The notes below the pieces were generated by a model that ran no database searches, had not been told where the DNA came from, and saw only the letters and a list, made by a program, of their open reading frames with translations. Made by a program: the position numbers and the translations under genes. Source: Octopus bimaculoides (taxonomy: Eukaryota). Taken from it: a stretch of DNA of 64,000 nt. Of this stretch, positions 1 through 11,890 are shown one piece after another. Location: the NCBI RefSeq assembly GCF_001194135.2, contig NC_068996.1, positions 22,092,134-22,156,133 on the forward strand, written 5' to 3'. The stretch's first letter is position 1. Each line of letters starts with the position of its first letter.

Positions 1-383
1 TATATATATATATATTTATATTTATTACACACACCTACACCTTTTTCATCTTTCACTTATTTCAGCCATTTCTGACTGTGGCCATGCTGGGGGTACTACA
101 TTGAAGAGCTTTAGTTGAACAAATTGACCCCAGGAACAATGTTTTAAAGTTTGGTACTTATTCTATTGGTCTTTTTTGCCAAACTGCTATGTTATGGGGA
201 TGTAAACACACCAACACTGGTTGTTGAGCAGTGGTGGGGGACAAACACAAAGACACACATAGATACATACATACGATGGGCTTCCTTCAGTTTCCATGCC
301 ATGCAGTGGGACTGAACCCAAGACAAATTCGTTGAGGAGTAAACTTCTAACTTCACAGCCATCTATAAAATAATGATTGGCTC

Positions 384-448
<65 letters not shown>

Positions 449-878
449 TTCTACTATAGGCACAAAGTCTGGAAATCTGGGGGAGGGGGATATTGATTTA
501 CATTGACCCTACTGCTCAACTGGTGCTTCTTTAATCAACCCTGAAAGGATGTTAGGCAAAGTCAATCAGAGCAGAATTTGAACTCAAATTGTAAAAAGAG
601 GATGAAATGCCACTAAGTGTTTTGTCCAGCATGCTAACAATTCAGCAAGCTAGCCAATGATAATCTACTATATGTGTGTGAGTATATGTGTATGTATGTA
701 AAAAGGAGTCATGAGTGTGTGTGTGTGTGTGTGTGCAATGGAGGTAAGATGGTGAAATTCAATGCTGAAAAGAAAAGTCAAACAGCGTTTCAACTCTGTG
801 TGAGTATATGCGTGTGCATATACAAGGGAAGTATGTGAATGTTTGTATCTGATTATGTACCTTATTTATTTATTATTT

Positions 879-1250
879 GGCGGCGCAATGGCCCAGTGGT
901 TAGGGCAGTGGACTCGCGGTTTCGATTCCCAGACCGGGCGTTGTGAGTGTTTATTGAGCGAAAACAACTAAAGCTCCACGAGGCTCCGGCAGGGGATGGT
1001 GGCGAACCCTGCTGTACTCTTCCACCACAACTTTCTCTCACTCTTACTTCCTGTTTCTGTTGTACCTGTAATTCAAAGGGTCAGCCTTGTCACACTGTGT
1101 CACACTGAATATCCCTGAGAACTATGTTAAGGGTACACGTGTCTGTGGAGTGCTCTGCCACTTGCACGTTAATTTCACAAACAGGCTGTTCCGTTGATCG
1201 GATCAACTGGAACCCTCGACGTCGTAAGCGATGGAGTGCCAACAACAACA
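879..1250 (+). mobile_element. tRNA-derived SINE, family A (CAA tail)
   Basis: A-box TGGCCCAGTGG, B-box-like TTTCGATTCC, (CAA)n tail, flanking ccttatttat; four near-identical copies in the window. Confidence 0.88.
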
Positions 1251-4169
1251 ACCTTATTTATGTATAAAATACTACAATTAGTTGTCATTTTTGATGGCAT
1301 GAGGCCAGCTAGTAATATAATAATGTTCTTTATTGTTGAAGTTGACTATCATTCAATTACTACACATTGAAATATTGAGTAGGAATTTATCACCCTCTCT
1401 CCACTCTTCTATTCCAAAGAATAGTAGAGAGAGGTATTGGGGAGAGTAATGTAGTAGACATTACTAAGGAAGGAGTGTGGACAGAAAAAGGGAGAGACAA
1501 AATGAGTTGCATTGAGATCCCAAAGCACAAACAGATGTGAGGGAAACAGAGTATGAAAACGGTAAATATATCTGATGATGTGAAAATCAAATACAGCTTA
1601 GAAAAAAAGGTCAATTTTATAAAACTTTCTTCATTACAATGCCATCTACAAATGTTTCTTATCATGTGAAATGTGAAGTGAAGGAAAAGTAGTTGACTTC
1701 AATAATAATAATAGTTTCAAATTTTGACAAAAAGGCCAGCAATTATGGGGGATGGGGTAATCATTTATATTGACCCTGAAAGAATAAAACGTAAAGCTGA
1801 CCTCAGCAGAATTTGAACTCAGTACATCAATAGTTATAAGAAATGCTGATAGGCATTTTCTTCGACAAGCTAACAATTCTCTCAGCTTGCAGCCATTCAC
1901 TTCAATAATAATAAATATATTTACACATACATCTACAGACATGAAAATACATATATACACAATGACTCAAGTTTTTTTATTAAATATACAAAACCAAATT
2001 GCATAAAAATGCTACAAACAATTATCACATTAAAGCATAACAAACTTGAAATAGTTCCACTGTTCATAGATTTTTTTTTCTTACATAAAAAAAAAACTTC
2101 ACACAAGTTAATAGTTCAAATAATTATTTTAATGTTGAAAGAGACATGTCATTTATAAAATATAACTTAATTTATGTACCTTAATATGTCAATTAATAAA
2201 TTAGCAATTTTACAAGAAGCAGATCAGAAGCTAATCGTAAGTAAAATGCATGTTTATAAATTAACTGTTGCACTGAAGCATGTGTATGTGTTTAATAAAT
2301 ACTTTGAAAATTTTATCATTCTTAATTCACCTTCAATACAAATGTGCTCAATTTATCTATGTCAGCTTTATATAAAGACCAACAAAAACAAGCAATAAAG
2401 AGCACCAACATCAATCCTAAATTCTGGGAGCAACACAGAGAAGACAAAACATCATGGCATCACATCATCAAGATTGGCATAGAATATTTTGAAAACATGA
2501 AAGAAGGAGGTAAATAATTGCAACAAAGTATTTGGTAACACCAACTAAAGCCTCCATTGAACATAATTTGTCATATGTAAACAAAAGGAGACAAAGTAAA
2601 TTTAGCTGCAATATTCAAATAGTATGAAATTGAGTAAACTGACTCAAGGTCCAAAATTTGATTTTAAGCTTCCAACTACATCTTAAGAGTTATCACATAC
2701 CCATATTTAAGAAGGAAAAATGAAGGATTTGAAACATTAGCTGAACACTGAAAGATTTCAATTAATTTTACAGAGTCAATATTCTATTTGGTGTAGAGCT
2801 TGCATAACTCTAATTAAATTACATACTCGCTGCCAAATAGAATGTCTTACATAGAACATTACAAATTATATGTGTTCTATGGAATAATTACAAATGGTCC
2901 CCACTGATCAAAACATTTATATGCTAGTTCTCCATTCTCAAGGATTAAGTTAAAAAATGATATTAGAATTTCTTTATTATATCATTAATCTAAATGTTGT
3001 TTAACCTCGGATTAACCTTGATTGATGAAATCAAAAACAAAAGCATTCTCGCTATGACCACCCCATCTTTTATACAATGTATTTAATGTTCCCTCACCCC
3101 ATTTTTTAAAAAACTGACAGAGTGTGATTTTCGGGAGATTTGACTGCATTATCTAGCAGAGCAACTGACCAGCATTTGCCCTAGGAAATATCTAGTGTTT
3201 ATCCTGTCTGATTTCAGCCACATTTTATGGGTTTCCTCATGTTGGCATGGGTTGGAATGTGTAAATTTTATCATGCCATTACAACAAGCCTCTGCAGAGA
3301 GGACTAAACAGTCCCTCTCTATCCTATCATCATCATCATTTTAATGTCTGCTTTTCCATGCTTGTATGGGTCAATTGAGTGTAAGTTGGGACAGAGTTTT
3401 TTTAAAGCCAGGTATCCTTCCTAATGCTAAGATCTGCCAGTTCCAAGTCAGGCAATAATCTCCCAGTTTATCAAACAACAAAATTGTCTGGACATTGTTA
3501 TGTAGAGAACTGAAAACAAACAACACCATCTGAATGAGCCTTTTGTTTACAACAATTTTGCAACTTATCAAGAAGCCTGATCATGCATTCTCAGTGGACT
3601 ACAAGGAAGGAGCAAGGGTATGTTCAACGAAATTTAAAACTTGTGGTGCAGGAAAGTGTACTCTACTGGAACCATGGGCCAATCAAAGCCTTGTGAATGG
3701 ATTTGGTAGAAGGGAACTGAAAAAAGCTTGTTGTATGTGTGTGTGTGTGTGCATGTGTCCCACTACTGCTTGACAACTGGTATTGATTTGTTTATATCCC
3801 TGTAACTTAGCAGTTCAGCATAAGTGACTGACAGAATAAGTACCAGGTTTAAAAAAAAAGGAATGGGGTTGATTCGTTCAGCTAAAAATCTCCCTGATAT
3901 CAGAGCTATGTATCCTGCCTTGTAACACTAATCCAGATATCCTTCTGATGAAACCTTTTCAGTTGCTTGTATTCAAAATCATACATTCATTCATTACCCA
4001 GCATTCATGATTATAAGTGAGGATAGGCATAGAAAACGCAATTGAAGTTAACAAGTGTGACCTTTTTGTATCAGCCTCTCTTCTTGAAAGGCTGATAGAA
4101 GGACTTTCTTGCTGTCAACAAGAATACTGGGTTTCTTTCAAGCTTTCATATGACAAGGCAAGTGACAAT

Positions 4170-4380
4170 CATACAGTCAAGGCCTTTGGTCCATCAGGAA
4201 TTCCTGCAAAGATGCTCAAAATATCTGGTGGTGGTGACACACAGCCTAGACACCAGGTAGTTAATCATGTTATACCGGAACATATCATACCAATGTCTAG
4301 TGGAGTAGCATTGTAATCAGCTGCTAAAAGAGTAATGAGGATAGTAGTGAATTCAATGAGCAGGTAGTTCAAAAGAGATC
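4170..4380 (+). mobile_element. RTE-type LINE reverse transcriptase remnant
   Basis: KAFGPSGIPAKMLKISGG...VVNHVI...IIP resembles the KAxGPDGIxAEMLK motif at the start of LINE RT. Confidence 0.7.
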
Positions 4381-5092
4381 AGTTTTCAGCTCTTCTTATT
4401 CATCAGTCCTCCAAGCCATAACAGAGGATTTTAAGACTGGTTGACCATAGGAGCTTCTTTAAGTTGATGAATTTGTTCTTATAGCTGACTCTGTAGTAGA
4501 ATTTGAAAAGAAATTCCAGGCAGAATTTTGATTTAGGCACGCCATGTAACCCCCTTGTAACTTTATTTTTTGTGGAATTTTCAGAAAACTTTTGCAAACT
4601 TGTGTTCTACACATGAGAATTCATAAGACTATGAAAAAACAAAAACAAAAAAATTTTTGGGTGATTTAAGGAGTATTTAGCTGCTATTTTCAGCACATTT
4701 CACGACCACCTATTACCATCCTTGTTTGTTTGTTAGTCTGACATATTGATGTTTTTCAATATCTTTCTCCTCATAAACACATTTAACATTGCTGGGATTT
4801 AAGCCAAAAATTTGGACTGTCTATATTTTAAATTGATTCAAAAAAAAAANNNNNNNNNNNNNNNNNNNNNNNNNNNNNNNNNNNNNNNNNNNNNNNNNNN
4901 NNNNNNNNNNNNNNNNNNNNNNNNNNNNNNNNNNNNNNNNNNNNNNNNNNNNNNNNNNNNNNNNNNNNNNNNNNNNNNNNNNNNNNNNNNNNNNNNNNNN
5001 NNNNNNNNNNNNNNNNNNNNNNNNNNNNNNNNNNNNNNNNNNNNNNNNNNNNNNNNNNNNNNNNNNNNNNNNNNNNNNNNNNNNNNNNNNNN

Positions 5093-5131
<39 letters not shown>

Positions 5132-5399
5132 TAGATAGAGAGAGAGATATGTGTGTGTTTGTCCCTCCAACATCACTTGACAACAGATGCTGGTGTGTTT
5201 ATGTCCTCATAACTTAGCAGTTTGGCAAAAGAGACCAATAGAATAAGTACTAGGCTTACAAAGAATAAGTCCTGTGGTCGATTTGCTCGACTAAAGGTGG
5301 TGCTCCAGCAAGGCTACAGTCAAATGACCGAAACAAATAAAATATTTTAAAAATGTAAAAATTTTCTTTTTATAATCATATGAATTCCTGTGCGTAGAA

Positions 5400-6620
5400 A
5401 ATTTTCTGAAAATTCAAAAAAAATAAAAAGACCAAAGTTCTCGTCAGCAGATAAGTGGATAAACTACTAATCCTGTCAGGAAAATGGCCCTGTTCAATGT
5501 ATAGAAAAGGTGTATGTAGAAATCCCACACAATGTACCAAATGCAAACTGCAGAAACATAAGAGGTGCAGTGGAATTACAGGAAGGTTAACACAGAACAT
5601 GAACTTTGTGCGATAGATGTGCAAGAACAATGGATACTAAGAACACACAAGAAATAGATTTCCTTGAATGCCCAGAAGGATCTTTTGAGGTAGTAGATAG
5701 TTTCTTTACCTAAGTAATCTAATTAGCAGTGGATGAAGTTGTTCTGAAAGTATAGTTGCTAGAATAGGAATAGGATGGAGAAAGTTCAGAGAGCTACTAT
5801 CTCTGTTGGCAATAAAAGGTCACTCTTTCTCAGAGTGACAAGCAATGCTAAATGGTAGTGAAACATGGTCTGCGAATGCAGAGGACATGTGAAAGCTTGA
5901 AAGAAACCCAGTTAGCATGCTCCACCGGGTGTGCACATCAGTGCGTGTACAATAAAGTGTAAATGTATCAAGAGAAAGATTAGGCATAAGAGACATCAGA
6001 TGTAATGTGGAAGAGAGAAGACTGCATCAATATGGTTAGGTTATATATATGGATGAGGACAAGCGAAAGCGAAATCGTGATGGCATCTGTGCCCAGCGTC
6101 GCCTTTCTGGCACTTGTGCCCGTGGCATGTGTAAGGACTTTCGAGCGAGATTGTTGCCAGTGCCCCGGGACTGGCTCTTGTGTGGGTGGCATGTAAAAAA
6201 CACCATTTAGAGCGTGGCCGTTGCTAGTACCACCTGACTGGCCTTTGTGCCAGTGGCACGTAAAAGCACCCACTACACTCTTTGAGTGGTTGGCGTTAGG
6301 AAGGGCATCCAGCTGTAGAAACTCTGCCTGATCAGATTGGAGCCTGGTGTAGCCATCTGATTTCACCAGTCCACAGTCAAATCGTCCAACCCATGCTAGC
6401 ATGGAAAGCGGACGTTAAACGACGACGAGGACAGTTGCATAAAGAAGTACCAGTTGTTAAAAGTGAATGGAACCTATGAAAGAGGAAGAACAAGAAAGAC
6501 AAGGGACAATGTGGTGAGAAACTTTGGGTCTAGATGTTGAGCTTCACTGAAGAGATAACAAAAGATGGAGGTGATTGGCAATTTGCTGTACTTGAAAAGA
6601 CTCATTCAACTTTGTAAAAA
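5400..6620 (+). mobile_element. Decayed RTE LINE ORF2 C-terminus, interrupted by a younger RTE 3' end
   Basis: Frameshifted KTKVLVSR, Cys-rich block, FxYL, GWRKFRELL, NGSETW and MDEDSCIKK motifs, colinear with the better-preserved copy at 42782-43107. Confidence 0.8.
6062..6426 (+). mobile_element. Young 5'-truncated RTE 3' UTR insertion with TSD
   Basis: Ends ...gcggacgttaaacgacgac; flanked by gaggaca at 6055-6061 and 6427-6433. Confidence 0.85.
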
Positions 6621-7672
6621 GGAGGCCCTGAAGACATGTTGCTAATGTCTATGCCCCTGCACACAATCTGTCCTTGACAAATCTCTCCAACAATTCATCT
6701 TCCTGACATCTTAATCTCCACCTGTGTTCACCATTCATTGCATTCCCCTTCCACTCTATCTCCTTTTACAAACTTACCTGTCCAAATACTCTGTACCACT
6801 TCACTTGCATTCACTTCCCATATATATATATAAACGACGGTGATAGGAGATTAGTACTTCACTTGAAAACAGGCAGGTATTAACATTGAGGACATCTGGC
6901 CTTAGAATTTTGGAGGTTATGCACTTTTGATTATGTGAGGGCTATATCTAAGAGGATGGTTTCAGTCACCTTGCTTACCTGCTTTGAGTGGGTCAGTAAT
7001 AGAGCACATGTGCCATAAGGTATAGCACATATATACATCACTGTAGAACTGGTGAAGTTCTAATGAGTGAGCCAGCCTGAAGTGTCAAAAGGTCTGACAC
7101 TGTGTGGTGGTTAGCCATAATGTAGTAATTGGAACACTTTACTAGATGCTAAGACAGCAATGGTTTGGAGGTGAGATACAAATCAACAGTGTTTGAAGTA
7201 TCTTATATGTTAGTCAAGCATATACATTGACTTTGTTACTTGTAGAGGACAGCAGTGAAGGCATGTGGCTTAGTGATTGGAGTATTTGGCTCACAATTGT
7301 AAGGTCACAAGTTCAATTCCTGGCTACGTGTTGTGTCCTTGAGTAAAAATGTCATAATGAATCGCCCCGAGAACTAAGTTAAGGGCATGCATATTTGAAG
7401 AGTGCTCAAAAAAAGTGGGAGAGTCAAAAGAAGTCATAGATCTAGACTTCAGACAGGAGGAAGTGAGCTAAATTTGCCCTCAAACATTTGATGATGGTTG
7501 GAGGATTTTAAAGAGACAGCAGAGAAGTTAGATCGGGTGACTTTAAAAACATTTAATGTTTAGAACATTTAAAATCATTGTAAAGATTTTCGGCTTGTTC
7601 TACAAAACAGTTAACAACCTAGACTATTAAATTACTACTAAAATACTGTGTTGGGATGAGTATTGACAAGGC

Positions 7673-8000
7673 AAGGCTATGTGGTAAGAAACTTGCTTCC
7701 CAACCACATAGTTCTGGGTTCAGTCCCAATGTGTGGCACCTTGGGCAAGTATATCCTACTATGGCCTCAGACCGACCAAAGCCATGCGAGTGCATTTGGC
7801 AGATGGAAACTAAAAGAAGCCCGTCATATATATATATATATATGTGTGTGTGTATGTTTTTGTCCCTCCATTCCACCGCTTGACAACTGGTGTTGGTGTG
7901 GTTATGTCCCCATAACTTAGTGGTTCAACAGAGACAGATAGAATAAATACCATGCTTTAAAAAGAATAAGTCCTGGGATCGATTTCTTAAATTAAAACCC
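7673..8000 (+). mobile_element. tRNA-derived SINE, family B (CORE-like ccttgggcaagt motif); representative of more than 10 partial copies
   Basis: tRNA-like head, ccttgggcaagt, internal (TA/TG)n and a shared 3' body. Related pieces near 45-365, 3640-3890, 5150-5340, 18430-18760, 27050-27200, 31905-32290, 36320-36950, 45930-46070, 48480-48625 and 59190-59355. Confidence 0.75.
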
Positions 8001-8109
8001 AGCATTCTTCAATTTTAACTGAAAAATGACCGGTAATTCCCGTGAGTACACGTTGTCTTGTCAACTGTCAGTTGACGTATCGAAATGGAAAGAGAAAGCT
8101 AATGGGTTA

Positions 8110-8490
8110 TACGTGTGGGCGTGCTTGTTCCTGTATGCGCGCGCGAGCGTGTGCATGCTTGTTCTTTGTGTGTGCGCGTTCGTAATTGTTCTTGTTTGTG
8201 TGTGTGCTTGCTCTTGCTTGTGTATGCATGCTTGTTTTTGTGTGTGTGTGTGTGTGTGCGTGCTTGTACTTGTTTGTGTGCATGCTTGTACTTGTTTGTG
8301 TGTGTGTGTGCATGCTTGTTCCTGTGTGCGTGCTTGTACTTGTTTGTGTGTGTGTGTGCATGCTTGTTCCTGTGTGTGTGGGTACGTGCATGCTTGTTCT
8401 TGTTTGTGTGTGTGCGTACTTGTTCTTGTTTGTGTATGTGCGTGCTTGTTCTTTATGTGTGCGTTTGCTTGTTCTTGTTTGTGTTCTGTT
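8110..8490. repeat. Cryptic satellite (GT)n-GCATGCTTGTWCTTGTTT
   Basis: About 15-18 variable units; it explains the overlapping ORFs in nearly all frames. Confidence 0.9.
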
Positions 8491-8886
8491 TTTATGTATT
8501 TATGTGTTGTGGAATGTAGACATAACGAAATTACACCAACAATGTCGCATTTTAAACTTGAAGAAAAAAAGCTTTGCATATTTGTTCTTACCTGCTACAT
8601 GTGTGTACGTAAAATCCGTACACACACACACACAGAGAGGAACAAGCAGACGGTGCTCCAAGTAGGACTAAAGCAAAAATAAACGAATAAAAGAATATGT
8701 ACATAGAAATAACAACCTTTCCGCAGTCCTACAAACTACCACAGAGAAGGGACATTACTCATGGTTTTCGCATGTTCTCCCAGGTTGATACAGTTGCTAT
8801 TTAACTTCGAAGTTATATCTGTTCATCACACCCAATGAATTATTAACTGCATTTACAACTTATTTAAAAGTCCCAATTAAAAAGAC

Positions 8887-9086
8887 AACTCGACAAAACC
8901 AAAACAAACACTTGGCTGTTTCTGTAACAACTCGACAATTCACTTCGGATATCTTCGTGACCTCCGTGACAGTTGACACAAACTGACAAGAACAAGCACA
9001 CACACACAGAGGTCACGAAGATATCCGAAGTGAATTGTCGAGTTGTCACGAAAACAGCCGAGTGTTTGTTTTGGTTTTGTCGAGTT
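8887..9086. repeat. 78-bp inverted repeat with 44-nt spacer
   Basis: 8887-8964 versus 9009-9086: 74 of 78 positions are complementary. Confidence 0.92.
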
Positions 9087-9167
9087 ATATCGAAGGATTG
9101 CCTTCATTAAAATAAATATCGTTTAAAAAGAAATAAAATCAGTTTACCATAGAAGAAAAACATAAGA

Positions 9168-10979
9168 TTAACATGTGATATCAGCTGACGGGTCCATTTT
9201 AAGTTGTTCTATTTTTCTGGGCAAAAGCTCCACCATTTCCTCACATATATGCAATTCATTAGCAATAAATTCCGATCCCTTTGGGTCCTTACGACAATAA
9301 TCAACAATACATTTGAAACATGCAAGCCTTCTTTCAATATTTTTGATTTTCATCTCCGCATCTGAACAAATGAATTTTGTGTAAAGGTTGCCGACACAAA
9401 AATATGCAATTAATGTTGGACGAACATCAGATTCGTCGAGCTTATCTGGCAATTGTGCACGACCACCTTTGATTGAATGGATGTATTTCATGTAATGGTC
9501 GATGCTTTGAGAGACTAATAAATTAATTTTTTTAATTGCATGTGGTGTCCTCGAAGATTCCTCATTTTGAAATATGTTTACCTTGATATCTAATAAACTG
9601 GAGTATGTTTCTGCAAGTTCGTACATTAATTGACGACAAACGTGGAGATAATGCTGCGCATTAAGTGCTTCGAGTAGTTTACTTAGTAAATCTATGCGAC
9701 GCTTTTGCATCTTACACTGTCGATTTTGGTCAGTTTCAAAACACGCTAACAGTTTATAAGCCTTACTATGATCCCTCATTATTTCAACATAATCATTGCA
9801 ATAGCTGTCAATAACATAATATTCTTTCGCATCGTTTAACCACTTTTGAACAGCAATAAATACTTCTCGTGCAGACGGGAAATCTTTTACAAATTTTGCA
9901 GGCATATTTTCTTCCAAATCTGTTAATTCCAGTTTGAATCGAGCTGTATTTTTATCCGAATTTTCGGGAGTTTCAGTTTCAGCAATCGGCTCTTTATCTG
10001 CATTATGGTCAGCTTCCGATGAATTTTTTTTCTCATTTACCAAATCAGTTCTGTCCAAATGTCCGATAAGATTAATTATAGAGAATTCTTTAGAGGACTC
10101 AAGAAGCGATAAACCATATTTTGCCCAACAGCGGCTGATGTCAGCTTTGCGCCGTGCAATGCTGTCGTTAGTACTTTCAATGGTAGAGTCATCAGCTTCC
10201 TGTAATATGTAGCAAGAACTAGCGAGGCAATGCCTTGCCATCATATAATCATCCACACTAAGATAGTATTGAGAAAGACTAGCAGCATTTATAGCCCATT
10301 CTAATGGGTTATACTGGTTTGATTCTAGTTGTCTAAGTAAAGTTTGGTGACAGTACTTAGCAGAAAGTTCTCTATTGCCTTTGCCAGCATAGACTTGTGC
10401 CAAATAAAACATTGTATGCGTGTAAGTATTTTCAAAGTGTACATCACGATCGTGTTCAATAAGATCATTATCCTCACCTTCAGGCCGGAAAAGTTCTTCA
10501 ACTGAATGAGGGGCTCCACCTACTTCATGTTTAAAATCATTGTAAAGATTTTCGGCTAGTTCTAAATACTTCACGGCTTCGTCCAAACCAAATTCTCCTC
10601 GGTGGCTCCATAGAATCCCCAAATTATTGAGGGCTTCTTGGTATATGTTACAAGAACTCTTGTTCAATTTATGATCCTCAATGTCTTTTAAAACTTTAGT
10701 AAGGTATTCCTCACCGACTCCTAGTTCTTCTGTTTCAAGATGATTCACTCCCAGTTGAAGATTTAGTCCTGCGATTAAAATTTTTGTAAGTAAATCATTC
10801 GTGTCAGTTAAAAATGCATTCATTTTATCACGCAAGGAAAGCAATATATCTCTGGCTTTGTATTTAGACTTGAAAGGCTCATTTTCAGGGTCTTTCTTAG
10901 ATTCTTCTTCGCTAAGATGCTTTGCTTTTTTATATTCTTCATAGCCTTTCTCAATCATATAAGAGCGTGAATCAGCCAT
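9168..10979 (-). CDS. KIFBP: KIF1-binding protein (KBP/KIAA1279 homolog), single uninterrupted 603-aa ORF
   Basis: Long ORF with motifs I recognise from human KIFBP along its whole length: EPFKSKYKAR, LGVNHLETEEL, NNLGILWS, YTHTMFYLAQVY, YCHQTLLRQLE, EWAINAASLSQYY, RQCKMQKRRIDLL, ELHICEEMVELLP. Confidence 0.97.
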   Translation of the reverse strand: MADSRSYMIEKGYEEYKKAKHLSEEESKKDPENEPFKSKYKARDILLSLRDKMNAFLTDTNDLLTKILIAGLNLQLGVNHLETEELGVGEEYLTKVLKDIEDHKLNKSSCNIYQEALNNLGILWSHRGEFGLDEAVKYLELAENLYNDFKHEVGGAPHSVEELFRPEGEDNDLIEHDRDVHFENTYTHTMFYLAQVYAGKGNRELSAKYCHQTLLRQLESNQYNPLEWAINAASLSQYYLSVDDYMMARHCLASSCYILQEADDSTIESTNDSIARRKADISRCWAKYGLSLLESSKEFSIINLIGHLDRTDLVNEKKNSSEADHNADKEPIAETETPENSDKNTARFKLELTDLEENMPAKFVKDFPSAREVFIAVQKWLNDAKEYYVIDSYCNDYVEIMRDHSKAYKLLACFETDQNRQCKMQKRRIDLLSKLLEALNAQHYLHVCRQLMYELAETYSSLLDIKVNIFQNEESSRTPHAIKKINLLVSQSIDHYMKYIHSIKGGRAQLPDKLDESDVRPTLIAYFCVGNLYTKFICSDAEMKIKNIERRLACFKCIVDYCRKDPKGSEFIANELHICEEMVELLPRKIEQLKMDPSADITC

Positions 10980-11523
10980 GTTTGTATTTTCTATTTTCTG
11001 CAGAGTGTATTTTATAAACCGAAAATTTTCGTGTCATTAAAACAAAACATACGAAATCACTTGTTGATATTTAAAGAGGTATAGTTCAATAAAACTCCTA
11101 AATTATAGTTAAAATTTTTTTTAATATTTCTTACATCGAGCTTATTACCAAGAATATTTACATTTTCAATTTAAGATTATATTACCAAGTTGTTGTAATG
11201 ATATCTATTTGCTGCGCTATGACACTGTAATTCCGTCTATTTCAGATGACCAGAAGATATTGTAATTAGATAATTTTTTTTTTAACCGATGCCTGCTCTC
11301 TTCATCCGGCTCACATTGACAAAGTAGTAAGTTTACTTATTATTACACTCTATACTTTTAGATATATTGTATAACAGTGAATATATGTGTGAAATATAGA
11401 ACTAAATTTAATGTATTGTTAGAAAAAGGGGCGGAGAAATGTGTTGAACGAGAATCAAAATAAATGTTATTCATTGATTCGGTTGACTTCTGAATGAATA
11501 ATGCAGAGCTAAATTAAAATTCT

Positions 11524-11562
<39 letters not shown>

Positions 11563-11855
11563 CACACANNNNNNNNNNATATATATACACATACACACAC
11601 ACACACACACGCATAAATAATATACACACATACATTCGCAAATACACACATATGATATAAAATGTATAAATGCATATACTTGGTATGCCCGAGAGTATGT
11701 GTGTAAGTAGGTATGTCTGTATATTTGCGTGTATATGTATGTTTATGTATATAATTGTATACGTGTGTGTATGTATGTATATATATATGTGTTTGTGTGT
11801 GTACATGCATGCATGTATCAATCTGTGCATAAATTTATATATATATACATATATA

Positions 11856-11890
<35 letters not shown>

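Noticed and set aside
1955-2900. 3' UTR and poly(A) site of a minus-strand gene (AATAAA at 1981-1976)
   Set aside because: No coding exons were found upstream to attach it to, other AATAAA hexamers lie closer to KIFBP, and part of the region is LINE remnant.
4812-5183. ORFs crossing N-gaps (also 42264-42976 and 54124-54443) and YI/CV-repeat ORFs in TA tracts
   Set aside because: Artefacts of assembly gaps and microsatellites; only the RTE part of 42512-42976 is real LINE sequence.
8026-8682. Overlapping 94-218 aa ORFs in nearly all frames
   Set aside because: Products of a stop-poor (GT)n/GCATGCTTGT satellite giving CV/HT-rich low-complexity peptides; no domain recognised.
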